Shown: positions 39,433-51,382 of the stretch, piece by piece | Numbering within the stretch: the stretch's first letter is position 1 | How the letters are laid out: the number at the start of each line of letters is the position of its first letter | DNA from: Leucoraja ocellata | Taxonomy: Eukaryota | Assembly: GCA_036785375.1 (NCBI GenBank) | Contig: JAWMAR010000015.1 | Location: forward strand, 6,634,001 to 6,698,000 | Direction: 5' to 3' | DNA: 64,000 nucleotides | Made by a program: the position numbers and the translations under genes | The notes under the pieces: generated by a model | Told to the model about the DNA's origin: nothing | Seen by the model: the letters and a program-made list of their open reading frames with translations, nothing else | Databases searched by the model: none

Positions 39433-39660
39433 ACCACACTCACCCTGTGAGTACAGTGACCCCTGACCCCACAGTGACCCCTGACCCCACTCACCCTGTG
39501 AGTACAGTGACCCCTGACCCCACTCACCCTGTGAGTACAGTGACCCCTGACCCCACTCACCCTGTGAGTACAGTGACCCCTGACCCCACTCACCTTGTGA
39601 GTACAGTGACCCCTGACCCCACTCACCCTGTCTACAGTGTGACCCCTGACCTAACTCACA
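39433..39660. repeat. 33-nt minisatellite (cccactcaccctgtgagtacagtgacccctgac); variants recur after A-type micro-exons, e.g. ~48925, 50960, 53340, 55600, 58800
   Basis: Directly visible tandem units; produces the 11-aa periodic ORFs in the track. Confidence 0.9.
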
Positions 39661-40152
39661 ACCAGTACACAGAAACCCCCTGACCCTGCTCACGCTGTGT
39701 TGAACAAAAAACCCTTGCCCACCCTCACTCTATGTACAGAGAGAGAGACCCCATTCCCTGCTGCCCCAATAAAGTGATCACGCTTACCCTGTGTACAGAG
39801 CGTCACTTGACCTATCAGACTCTGTGTTCAGTGATCCATGGCCATGAGTACAGAGAAATCTCTGTCCCTATGGAACCTGGGTCTAGAGTGACCACTGGAA
39901 ACTCCGACCCTCTGTATGGTGCCGTGGTCTTGTGCCCTGTGACCCCTGACCCCACGACCTCATGTATAGACAGAACCCTGATCCCTGACCTGATGCCCAG
40001 TGATCCCTGACCCTACATAAGGGATAATGATGTCAGGTTGATGTTTATACCCCTCACACCCAGTGCAGGAAACCATTCCAGGCACCGTGGTCTGTTCAGA
40101 TTTACATTGGGAGCGGACCTGGTGGGGTTATCTCTTTGTCTCTGTCTTTTAG

Positions 40153-40197
40153 GATAATGTAGAACGTGCAACAATGAGCAGGCTGGCAGACAAACAA
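40153..40197 (+). CDS. Micro-exon 2 (A), DNVERATMSRLADKQ
   Basis: gtcttttag|45 nt|gtgagttag. Confidence 0.75.
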
Positions 40198-40224
40198 GTG
40201 AGTTAGTTCCAGTAGTTTAGTTTA

Positions 40225-40490
40225 GTTTAGAGACACCGTGCGGAAACAGGCCCTTTGGCCCACCGAGTCAGTGCCGACCTGCGATTCCCGTACACTAGCA
40301 CTATCCTATACACTAGGGACAATTTACAGTTTCTACAGAAGCCAATTAACCTACAAACCTGTACATCTTTGGTGTGTGGGAGGAAACCGGAGCACCCGGG
40401 GAAAACCCACGCAGTCACTGGGAGAACGTCCAGACTCCGTACAGACAGCACCTGTAGCTTGGATCGAACCCGGGACCCTGGCGGTGTAAT
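40225..40490 (-). mobile_element. tRNA-derived SINE
   Basis: Reverse complement of the 21280 SINE, with a (tttag)n tail at ~40215. Confidence 0.8.
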
Positions 40491-40827
40491 GTATAAACTC
40501 TACCGCCTCACCCAGGCCGTAGAGGGAATGACAACCCCGCTCACCTGTGAATACTGTGACCCATGGACCCACTCACCATTTCTACAGGGTGACCCCTGGC
40601 CCCACTGTCCTAAACACAGTCACCTGTCTCAACTCACTGTGCTCCCCCTTAACCTGACCCCACACACAGTGCGCAGACTGACCTCTGGCCCCACCTGCCA
40701 TTCTTCTCATTTCCTTCACTGACTGTGTGATGAAAGATCTTCCGGGCTCCTCTCCTCCACACACTTTTGTCTTGAATGGTTTATGATAATGGATGAATGA
40801 TTTGATTCTATTTCTTTCCAATTTTAG

Positions 40828-40872
40828 GGATTTTTAAACCGTACGCCTACAACAGCAGAACTTGACAAATCA
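40828..40872 (+). CDS. Micro-exon 3 (divergent), GFLNRTPTTAELDKS
   Basis: caattttag|45 nt|gtgagtttg. Confidence 0.65.
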
Positions 40873-41939
40873 GTGAGTTTGCCCTCTAGTGTAGTGACTG
40901 AGGCTTTCAGCTCATTAAGCACCTTGACCCAAGTTCCTCTTGAGCTAGACCCTGCCTACAGTCCTCACCCACTGACCCCAATGTACGGTGTAACCCCTGA
41001 CCCCATGTGCAGTGTGACCCTTGAATCTCCTGAACCATGTACGCAGTGTGACCCTTGAACCCAGTGATCCACGCACATAATCACTGAACCCTGTGTACAG
41101 AGCCCCCCCCCCCCCACTGTATAGACTGGTACAGCGTGACTCCTGACCACTGCTACTGTACCTGCTGACCCCAAAACCTGCTGACCTCGTGTAGACTGAC
41201 CCCCTCCCATGTACTGACCGGTACACTGTGAACCCTGATCCCATTGAACAGTATTACTTCATCCCCTGCACTGACCAATACACTGTGACCTCTCAATCTA
41301 CTGACCCCCGACTCTTGTATCAGCATGTACACTGTGACCCATGAACCTGTGGATACTGTTTTCATTGTAAGAGGAATTGGTTATTTAATCATTGTGTGTA
41401 GCCACTTTGTGGCGCCCCACCCTCCATGTGACGCATCTCCCTCCAGCTCCTTTTCCTGTTAATATGCCTTGATTATCAGCAACTTTATGTTTGATGTGAA
41501 CATGCCTTCAGCTGCCATTTACAGGAGAGACATTCACACTTCCAACCTATTTTCACGTTCCCTGTTTCCCAGCAGGCTAGTTCTCTCCGTTAGACTGAGT
41601 TCTTTGTGCCTCATCTGCCCAATCATAAAAGTCACTCGTTTTCGATCTCACCTTGTTGTTCTGATTTATATCTGACAAACCGGGAAGGAATCCTCCAGAT
41701 GCCAAGCTAAACTTGCCTGGTTTGTGGAGTCTGCATTAACCTCTGGGTGGAGGACACAGACACCATCAGGGCGTTCTGGCTTGGAGTGTGCCTCCGAGCT
41801 GCTCACACCTCTCCAGCTGGGTTCGCACGGGGACCATGTACACCCTTTGTACAGACCGTTGCGGTCCAGCCCCTTGAATGGAAATTGTTGATTTAATTCT
41901 GATCTTTACCTAACTTTTTCCAAGGATCAAGACTATATA

Positions 41940-43720
41940 AAAAACTGGAAATGCTGGAGATACACAGTAGGTCAGATATAGAGAGAAAGTGTTAATCTTT
42001 CAGCTCAACGATCCTTTATCTGGACGTGGTTTGAGGATGCAGAGGGGTGACGGGAATGGAGGGGTAGGGCCGGAGAGACTGGGCAAGGTGATGTGTACCG
42101 GTCAGGCGGAGACACTGAGCCAGGTCAACAAACCGAGGGTGGGCCTGGAGGAGGTATAAACGAGGGCGGGAGACATGTTTAGAAATGTTACGGATGCTGG
42201 AAATCGAATTGCAAGCGATAGTGCTGCTGATCTGGTGGTTGACATCAGGTGTGGATTGCCCAGGTGTTCAGTGCCTTGCTAGGAGACAAGGTGCAATTCC
42301 TCACGGTTTCCTTGGAAGTGTGAAAGAGGCTGAGCACGAGATGGAAGTGAGAGGGCAGATTATTGTGATGGACAAATGAAAGTTCTGCCTGTTTTTCGTT
42401 CTTCACAGAGTTCACCCTGCATTTAGTCTCCTTGGTGCAGAGGAGATTATATCTCGAGCAGCAAATACTATGAATCATAGAATCGTACAGCACAGGAACT
42501 GGCTTTAAGCTCACTTCATCTAAGCCGGCCTGTCGTGATGTCTATCTATTGCTATCCCCTGTGGTCTGAAGGCAGATGTTCCACAAAGCGGTTACCCAAT
42601 GATTTTGGTTTCCCCAGTGTAGAGGAGACCATGCTGTGAACACTGAATGCACTCCACTAGATTGTAAGAAGTGCAAGTGAATGACTACTTCACCTGGATA
42701 AACTATTTGCGTCCCTGGATAGTGGGAAGAGTTGAAAAGACAAATGTGTCACCTGTGGGTGCAGGGAAATTGCTGTAAGAAACGGGGTGGTTGGTGAGAA
42801 CGGAAACCAGGGAGCCATAGAGGGAACGTACAGAAAGGGAAGGAGAGAGGGAGATGTGTCTGGAGAGAGCGATCTGTTGGATGCATAGGCTGGTGGGGTG
42901 GGAGGTGAGGACCAGGGGAGCTCGATTCTTGTTCTGTTTCGTAGGAGAGGGTGAGAGCAGAGGCATGGGTAATAGATCAGATGCAGTCAAGATCTTTGTT
43001 AAGAGTGGTAAAGGGGAAACTGGTGTTCAGGAAGAAGGAAGACATTCCAGAGACACCAGTACAGAAAGTCTCTTCATCGGAGCAAACACGGCGGAGATGG
43101 AAGGGCTGGGAGAGTAGAACAGAGTCCTTGCAAAAGGCAGGACGAAGAGTAATCTAGAAAGCTGCAGTAGTCGATAGGCTTGCAATGAGTCTTAGTGGCA
43201 CGTCTGAGATGGAGATTGAGAGGTCTGGAAAGGAGAAGAAAAGAGTCAGTGATTGACCATGTGATGGTGAGGACAGGGTTGAATTGGCAGCAAAAGTGAT
43301 GAAATATTCGAGTTTAACATGAGTGCAGGAAGCAGCACGAAGGTAGTCATGGATGCACTGCGAGAAAAGTTGAGGGAATGGGTTCAGATAGGACTGACAC
43401 AAAGACTTTTCCATAAAAAGTCAGCCATGGCTTGAGCTCATGCGAGTGCCCACAGCTGCACCAGTGGGTGGAGTTCAAAAATAAATTGTTCAATGTGAGG
43501 ATGTTGGGCCAGGTGAATGGGTGTGTTGGGCTGGGGAATTGGTTGGGCCTCTATTCAAGGAAGTAGTGGAGGCTCAATGGACACTCGTGGTGTGGGATGG
43601 TGATGTAAAAAGACTGTATGTCCATGGTGAGGACCAGAGAATTGCAAACAGGCAGGGTGTTGGAGGGCAGTGGACGTGTCACAGATGACATCAGGCTTTT
43701 GCGGTGTTTGGTTGAGGCCG
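41940..43720 (-). mobile_element. Degenerate Penelope-like retroelement (RT plus GIY-YIG remnants)
   Basis: Minus pieces LVLTMDIQSFYITIPH (RT), RAPLVLTSHPTSL, SICCSRYNLLCTKETK. Confidence 0.75.
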
Positions 43721-44320
43721 TACACATTGGACAGACAGCGTTCGTTGTTGCCTCGCCGGCGATTGTGTTGAGGATTTTGTGCTTCTGATTCACTGAATTT
43801 TCCCAGGACGTCCATCATGCTCTCCTCGTCCTTTACAGCCAATAACACCACTGCATTCACCATCCCCACCATAGCCTTATTTCCACTCGCCGTGTCCATG
43901 CGTTCCTTGCCTAAGGCACCTTCCCTGCTCCACAACACCCATCGTTGGATACCACCCAGTAACGTCACTCAGAGACGCGGAGTCCTATTGACACTGGCCC
44001 TGTGTACACCTGCACATACTGGGGTGTATACCAACTGTGTACACAGGCGCGTGTGTACAGTGTCCCGCAGACTGCTGAGAAGCCTGAGTATGTGTGCCAA
44101 GTGGACAATGTGTTAGCCTCCCCTTCGCACAGCAGTGTTCACCCAACTTTCACCTTAGGTATGGTGACACCAGAGCTCTAGACTGTAAGATCATTAACCT
44201 CTGACCCTCTCCACCCATCTCGTGTACACTGACACTCTCCCCATTCTGACCCCATCCATCTGTGTATTCTGACCCTGTCCTCTCCTTTTCAGATTTGTTG
44301 ACATTCTTTTTGTGTTTTAG

Positions 44321-44362
44321 GCCATGTATAGAAGTATGACAGTTCAAACTCCAGTGAAACGA
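44321..44362 (+). CDS. Micro-exon 4 (divergent, B-like), AMYRSMTVQTPVKR
   Basis: tgtgttttag|42 nt|gtgagtg. Confidence 0.65.
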
Positions 44363-44955
44363 GTGAGTGTGTCCTTTGTACAACAATGCAGTGGTCATTG
44401 TCACCATTGATTCTGTAGAGTGTCAACCTATCTGCTCGGGTTTGTAACTGATTCCAAGGTACAGAGTAACACCTGACCCCCATTACAGAGCAGTCCCTGT
44501 CCCCACTGACCATGTGTTGTATAGTGACCCCTGACCCCACTAACTGCAGTCACCTCTGACCCCGTTGCCCCTATTTAGAGAGAAACCTCTTCCCCATGGA
44601 CCCTGTGTACAGAGTGACCATTGAGACCACTGATCCTTTGTATAGTCACAGCTGACCCCGGGCCTAGGCAGAACCCCCAATCTCACTGACCCTGTGACCA
44701 GTGACCCCTGTATAAAGGATGATGAAGGGTCTCAACCCGAAACGCCACCTATTCCTTTTCTCCAGAGATGCTGCCCGACCCGTTGAATTACTCCAGATTT
44801 CTGTGCCGATCTAAGGGATGATGAGGTCGGGTGAAGTCGATACCCCTCACACCCAGTGTAGGGGATTATCCCAGGTACCGTGGTCAGTACGGATTTACAT
44901 CGGGAGTGGACCTGCAGTTTCTTTTTGGGCTTATCTCTGTGTCTCTGTGTTTTAG

Positions 44956-45000
44956 GAAAATGTAGTACTTGAAGCATTGTCCAGACCGTCGCCGAAACAA
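44956..45000 (+). CDS. Micro-exon 5 (A), ENVVLEALSRPSPKQ
   Basis: tgtgttttag|45 nt|gtgagttagttcagg. Confidence 0.75.
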
Positions 45001-45714
45001 GTGAGTTAGTTCAGGTAGAGGGTAGGACAACCCTGCTCACCGTGTGAACACAGTGATCCCTGACCCCACTCGCCCCTGACCCCATGCACCGTGTTCAGGG
45101 TCTCCTTGACCCCACTGACCGGTCTGCAATGACCCCTGACGCCACACCCTGTGGAGAGGGACACCTCTGATCCACTGACCTGTGCACAAAGTGACCCCTG
45201 AATGTACTCACACTTTGTACATTGACTGGCCGACCTACTACCTGTTGTGTACAGAGGGCCTCTGTCCCCTGACCCCCTTGTCCCTGTGTACGGGGTGACC
45301 GCACTCTCCCAGTGCACAACCAGACCCCTGTCCCTGCTATCTCTGGGGACAGAGACAGAGACCACGGTTCTCACTGACCCTATTTATTTGGAGACATTTC
45401 ATCCCGATCAGCATGTCTGCTGAACTGTTTGAGCCTGTGTGCAGAGGGTCCCCTTTCCCCTCTGACCCTGTGTAAAGAGGGAACACCGGGAGTCCCCAGT
45501 CACCTCTAACCTTGCCTCTGATGGGATTCATGTCCAAACCCAGGCATCGGGTGGGGCCTGTCCCCCGGGGCCGGTGCTGTTGTTACTCGGTGCCCCCGTG
45601 GTTCGTTTGCCGGTTTCCCGGTGTGAACACCAGCCCTGGGTCTGCTTCATCACAGCTGCAGATCACCGAGACCGACTCCCACCTCTGACGCCCTTCTGTG
45701 TGTTTGTGTTTTAG

Positions 45715-45759
45715 GCTTATGGTAGAAGTGTTACAGCTATGAAGCTTGCAGAGAAACAA
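45715..45759 (+). CDS. Micro-exon 6 (B), AYGRSVTAMKLAEKQ
   Basis: ctgac branch-like site, tgtgttttag|45 nt|gtgagttagta. Confidence 0.75.
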
Positions 45760-46039
45760 GTGAGTTAGTACCCGCGTACATAGAGTAGCAGGAACCCACT
45801 GTGTAGACCGACTCTTGACCCCACTGACCTTGGGGAAGGAGTGACCCATGACCCTACTGACCCTGTGTACAGAATGCACATTTTGACCCTATGTACAGTT
45901 TGAACCTGTTGCCTTTGACCTTACTGTTAGAGTGGCTCCTGAACACGAAATGATAATCCGATTTCTCTGACCCTTTGTTCAGTGACCCCTGACCTTGGGT
46001 ATAGACATAACTGAGCCCTGTCCTCACTGACCCTATGTA

Positions 46040-46440
46040 AAGGATGACCTGTCCAGGTGAGACAGACGTTCACCTGCTCCTCCTATAACCCCATCTACTC
46101 CATTCAATGCTATCGATGTGGCCTGCTCAACATTGGCGAGACTGTTTTGTCGAACACTTACAGTCTGTCCACAAAGGCCTGCTGGATCTCCCTGTTACCA
46201 ACCATGTTAACTCCCCTTCCTACTTCCATATTGACTTTTCTGTCCTGTGCCTCCTTCATTACCAGAGTGAGGACACAAGCGAACTGGAGGAAGTACACCT
46301 CATATTCTGCTTGGGTAACTTAAAACCCAACAACATGAACATTCAATTCTCAGATTTTAGGTAACCCTCCCCCCTAGCACCTCTGCTGACCATTCTAGGT
46401 TTTCTCTGCATACATTTCTTACCACTCCCTCTCCCCTGTC
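46040..46440 (+). mobile_element. Penelope GIY-YIG fragment co-duplicated with the array (copies at ~47710-48100, ~59950-60230, ~61075-61380)
   Basis: QTFTCSSYNPIYSIQCYRCGLLNIGET; DLPVTNHVNSPS..LEEVHLIFCLG. Confidence 0.75.
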
Positions 46441-46647
46441 ACCCCTGCCCCCACACTGACCCTGAGTACTGAGTGACACTTGAGCCACTCACCCTGTGTA
46501 CAGTGCGACCCCTGACCCTACCAACACTGTGCGCAGTGACCCCCCCCCCCGGCCCCACCAACATTCTATAGTTAACCCATTCACCCTGTGAGCAGTGACC
46601 CCTGACCTCCCTGAGGGCCCCCAGTCATCTCTAACCTTGCCGTGGAT

Positions 46648-47047
46648 CAGAGATCCTGTAGCGAGCAAGATAGATCACTCGACGAAAAAGACGCAATACG
46701 GTCATGGGCAGATACATGGGAAATTTTAGGCCCCATTTCCGTATCCGGCTTCCGTCTCCGCACCAAAGATCCCATAGCGGAGCAAAGATAACTAGTGGAG
46801 AGATGGAAGCCGGTTACGGAAACATCCTCGTATAAATAAAAGTTCTTTGGTAAAAATCTTCTTCTCATTTTCAGAATTTTAATTTATTAACACAAACAGT
46901 TCCCTCGCAACATTGATTACACTGCGAGTCGGGTCGGGTTACGGAAATGGATGAAGAAAAGTCCCACGTTCCGCTCCGTTGCGTACTACACGTCAGCCCA
47001 TTGCAGTTAGCAGGAGTGATCTATCTTCCTCCGTTATAGGATCTTTG
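46648..47047. mobile_element. Non-autonomous DNA transposon (MITE), hAT-like, 400 bp
   Basis: Imperfect ~34-bp TIRs (cagagatcctgtagcgagcaagatagatcactc / gagtgatctatcttcctccgttataggatctttg); 8-bp TSD ccgtggat/ccttggat. Confidence 0.8.
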
Positions 47048-47244
47048 CCTTGGATGGGGTTCCTGTCCAAACCCAGGCATCGGGTGGGGCCTGTTCCCCG
47101 GGGCCGGTACTGTCGTCACTCGGTGCCCCCATGGTCTGGTTGCCGGTTTCCCGGTGTGAACACCAGCCTTGGATCTGCTTCATCACAGCCGCAGATCACC
47201 GAGACCGACTCCCACCTCTGACATCCTGTGTGTTTGTGTTTTAG

Positions 47245-47289
47245 GATTATGGTAGAAGTGTTGCAACTATGAAGCTTGCAGAGAAACAA
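47245..47289 (+). CDS. Micro-exon 7 (B), DYGRSVATMKLAEKQ
   Basis: ttttag|45 nt|gtgagttag. Confidence 0.75.
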
Positions 47290-48494
47290 GTGAGTTAGTA
47301 ACCGCGTACAGAGAATAGCAGGAACCCACTGTGTAAACTGTTTCCTGACCCCACTGACCTTGTGTAAGGAGTGACCCCTGACCCCAGTGACCCTGTGTAC
47401 AGAATGAACACTGGCCACACCAGCCTTTGTGCAAAGGGACCTCTGATTCAGATTCAGATTCAGATTCAATTTAATTGTCATTGTCAGTGTACAGTACAGA
47501 GACAACGAAATGCATTATAGACAACGAAATGCATTTTGACCTGAACACTTTGACCCCGTGTACAGTTCGACCCTGTTGCCTTTGACCTTACTGTTAGTGG
47601 CTCCTGAACACGAGGTGATAATCTAATTTCTCTGACCCTTTGTTCAGTGACCCCTGACCTTGTGTATAGACATTACTGAGCCCTGTCCTCACTGACCCTA
47701 TGTAAAGGATGACCTGTCCAGGTGAGACAGACGTTCACCTGCTCCTCCTATAACCCCATCTACTCCATTCAATACTATCGATGTGGCTTGCTCAACATTG
47801 GCGAGACTGTTTTGTCGAACGCTTACAGTCGGTCCACAAAGGCCTGCTGGATCTCCCTGTTACCAACCATGTTAACTCCCCTTCCTACTTCCATATTGAC
47901 TTTTCTGTCCTGCACCTCCTTCATTACCAGAGTGAGGACACATGCGAACTGTAGGAAGTACACCTCATATTCTGCTTGGGTAACTTAAAACCCAACAACA
48001 TGAACATTCAATTCTCAGATTTTAGGTAACCCTCCCCCCTAGCACCTCTGCTGACCATTTTAGGTTTTCTCTGCATACATTTCTTACCGCTCCCTCTCCC
48101 CTGTCACCCCTGCCCCCACACTGACCCTGAGTATTGAGTGACACTTGAGCCACTCACCCTGTGTACGGTTCGACCCCTGACCCTACCAACACTGTGTGCA
48201 GTGACACCCCCCCCCGGCCCCACCTATATTCTATAGTAACCCCATTTACTCTGTGAGGAGAGTGACCCCTGACCTCCCTGAGAGCCCCCAGTCACCTCTA
48301 ACCTTGCCTCAGATGACGCTCCTGTCCAAACCCAGGCATCGGGTGTGGGGCGGTCTGACATCCCCCCCCCCCAGCCGGTGCTGGTCCGTTTGCCGGTTCC
48401 CCGGTGTGAACACCCACCCTGGGTCTGCTTCATTACAGCCGCAGATCACTGAGACCGACTCCCACCTCTGACGTCCTGTGTGTTTGTGTTTTAG

Positions 48495-48542
48495 GATTAT
48501 GATGATAGACGTGTTACAGCTATGAAGATTGCAGGGAAACAA
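48495..48542 (+). CDS. Micro-exon 8 (B), DYDDRRVTAMKIAGKQ
   Basis: ttttag|48 nt|gtgagttag. Confidence 0.75.
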
Positions 48543-48847
48543 GTGAGTTAGTACCCCGCGTACAGAGAGTAGCAGAAGCTGTATAAAGTGCCCCTGAGCC
48601 CACTGACCCTGTGTATGGAGTGAGTCCTAAGCCCACAGCCTACGTGTGCAGAATAGCCCTTGACCCAACTGACTGTATAACATGATCCCTGATCCTGCTG
48701 CCTCTGTTTTATAGTGACCTCTGACCCCACACACAGTGTTCGTCTGACCCCACTGACCCCACATTGACATGGTCATTTGGATTAAAAACTGCCTTACTCA
48801 TTGCAGGCTGCTGTTGATGGGTTTATCACTATGTTTCTGTGTTTTAG

Positions 48848-48892
48848 GATAATTTAGGACGTGAGCCAATGACCCACCTGGTAGAGAGACCT
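48848..48892 (+). CDS. Micro-exon 9 (A), DNLGREPMTHLVERP
   Basis: ttttag|45 nt|gtgagttag. Confidence 0.72.
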
Positions 48893-49400
48893 GTGAGTTA
48901 GTTCAGGTAGAGGGGACGATAACCTCACTCACCCTGTGAACACAGCACAGTGACCCCTGACCCCACGCACCCTATGAAATTGGTGACCCCTGACCCCACA
49001 CCCTGTGAACACAGTGACCCCTGAACCCACTCATCCTGTGTATACAGTGACCCCTGATCCCACTCACTCTGTGAACAGTGACCCCTGACCCCACTTGCCT
49101 TGTATAGAGCGACCCTTGACCTCACTCAATTGTATAGAGTGACCCCATGCATCTTGTGTGGTGTCCCCTGACCCCACTCACTTATCTATAGTCACTGCTG
49201 ACGCCACTCCCCATGTATACAGAGCCACCCTGACTCATTGTGTACAGAGTGATCATTGACCCCCACATACCATGTGAGGAGAGTCCTAACAGAGACCCCC
49301 CCCCCCCCCCCCCCCGTCAACTAACCTTGCCTTGGATTGGGTTCCTGCTTCATCGCAGCCGCAGATCCCACCTCTGACGTCCTCTGTGTTTGCGTTTTAG

Positions 49401-49448
49401 GATTACGATGATAGACGTGTTACAGCTATGAAGATTGCAGGGAAACAA
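49401..49448 (+). CDS. Micro-exon 10 (B), DYDDRRVTAMKIAGKQ
   Basis: ttttag|48 nt|gtgagttag. Confidence 0.75.
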
Positions 49449-49579
49449 GTGAGTTAGTACCCTGCGTACAGAGAGTAGGAGGAACCCACTGTGTACAGAG
49501 TAACTCCTGACCCCACTGCTCTTGAGCGCAGAGTGACCCTTGACCCCATGTACAGAGGGACCCTTGTCCTGACTGAACA

Positions 49580-50605
49580 GTCGTACAGCACTAGAAACAG
49601 GCCCTTTGGCCCACCACGGCCATGCCAATTATTGGACCCATCTATACTCATCCCATTTTTCTTCATTTGGACCTCAGTCTCCTCTGCCTGTGTGATGCAA
49701 GGGCCTGTCTAAATGCTTCTTAAATGCTGTGATGTCTCTGCTCCCACCATTGCCTCAGGACAGCACATTCCAGGTTCCGATCACACTCTTTGTAAAAGCA
49801 TTCCCTTTCAGCCCTCTCTAAACCTCTCACTTTAAACCCATTCCCTCAAATCTACCATGGGGAAAAAGATTTTTGCTATCATTTCTATCTATTCCACTAC
49901 GCTCATAATTTTGTATACTTCTATCAGCTCATCCGTCAGACCCCAAAACTCCAGGGAAAGCAAATTCAGCCTATCCAGTTTCTCCTTATAACTGAGGAAT
50001 AAATAATGTAGGCAAAACTTTTTTCGCCCAGGTTAGAAATATCAACAACCAGAAAGCATACCTGTAAGGTGCAGGGGGCAATGTTTAAAGAAGGTGCAGG
50101 GAATGTTTTTTACACAGAGGGTAGTGGGTGCCTGGAACGCGCTGCCAGGCCTGGTAGTGGAGGCACATACGGTTGTGGCTTTTAAGAGGCAATGACTGGA
50201 GGATTATGGATTATGTGCAGGCAAATCTTGGAATCATGTTCTGCACAGACATCCTGGACCAATGAGCTTGTTCCTGTTCTGTACTGTTCTATGAAATGCT
50301 CCAAACCATTCAATATCTCAAATTGTCTTAAGCATGTTCCCCAGTGTAATCAGTCCTGTCCTATCGTGTGGTGACCAGACCTGCTCGCAATATTCGAGGT
50401 GAGGCCTAACCAGTGTTTTATAAAGCTGTAACACCATGTCCCTGCTCTTATATTCTCTGGCCTGAACAATGAAGACAAGCATCAAAGATGCCTTCTTCAC
50501 CACCCTCTCCACTTGTGCTGCCAGTTCCAGGGATCAGTGGGCCTCTACCGAAAGGTCCCTCTGGTCATCAACACTCTAGAGCTCTGCCGGTTACTGTGTC
50601 CACCT
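49580..50605. mobile_element. Mosaic of CR1 fragments in both orientations, co-duplicated (copies at ~51515-52920 and ~56250-57360)
   Basis: VLQLYKTLVRPHLEYCEQVWSPH (minus strand) and ttttacacagagggtagtgggtgcctggaac (plus strand). Confidence 0.75.
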
Positions 50606-50881
50606 TAGTCTCAGACAACCCACCTCCCTCTCCGCAAAAACACCAAGTCACCCATTGACCCCATGTACTGACTGACCCTGATCCAAGTGAATCTGTGAAC
50701 AGAGTGACCCCCCCCCCCCATAACGCACATACAGATAGACCCCTGACAAAGACCCTGTGTACAGACTGACCCTTTACACCCAGTGCAGGGAACCATCCCA
50801 GGCACCACGGGCAGCTCAGATTTACATCGGGTGCAGACCTGCAGATTGTTGATGGGTTTATCGCTGTGTTCTGTGTTTTAG

Positions 50882-50926
50882 GATAATTTAGGACGTGAGC
50901 CAATGACCCACCCGCCAGAGAGACAT
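50882..50926 (+). CDS. Micro-exon 11 (A), DNLGREPMTHPPERH; GC donor
   Basis: ttttag|45 nt|gcgagttag. Confidence 0.5.
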
Positions 50927-51337
50927 GCGAGTTAGTTCAGGCAATGGGAATGACAACCCCACTCACCCTGTGAACACGGTGACCTCTGATCCCACTCATC
51001 CCGTGAACACAGTGACCCCTGACCCCATTCACCTTGTGAATATGGTGACCCCTGACCCCACTCACCCTCTTTACATTGTGACCTTTGACGTCACTCAGTT
51101 GTATAGAGTGACCCCATGACCCTTGTGCAGTGACCCCTGACCCCACCCACTTATCTACAATCATTGCTGACTCCACTCCCCATGCGTACAAAGTGATCCC
51201 TGACCCCACATACCCTGTGAGGAGAGTGACTCCTAACAGAGCCCCCCCTCGTCACCTCTAACCTTGCCTTGGATGGGGTTCCTGCTTCATCGCTGCTGCA
51301 GATCCCACCTCTGACATCCTGTGTGTTTGTGTTTTAG

Positions 51338-51382
51338 GATTATGACAGACGTGTTACAACTATGAAGATTGCAGGGAAACAA
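51338..51382 (+). CDS. Micro-exon 12 (B), DYDRRVTTMKIAGKQ
   Basis: ttttag|45 nt|gtgagttag. Confidence 0.75.

Noticed and set aside
39414-39693. 11-aa periodic ORFs (STVTPDPTHPV / SGVRGHCTHRV), also at 53321-53587 and 58805-59212
   Set aside because: By-product of the 33-nt minisatellite, open in several frames on both strands, lying just downstream of splice donors with no acceptor of their own.
43555-44116. ORFs of 137 aa (minus) and 99 aa (plus) beside the Penelope fragment
   Set aside because: No recognisable domain, no MICAL similarity and no convincing splice pair.
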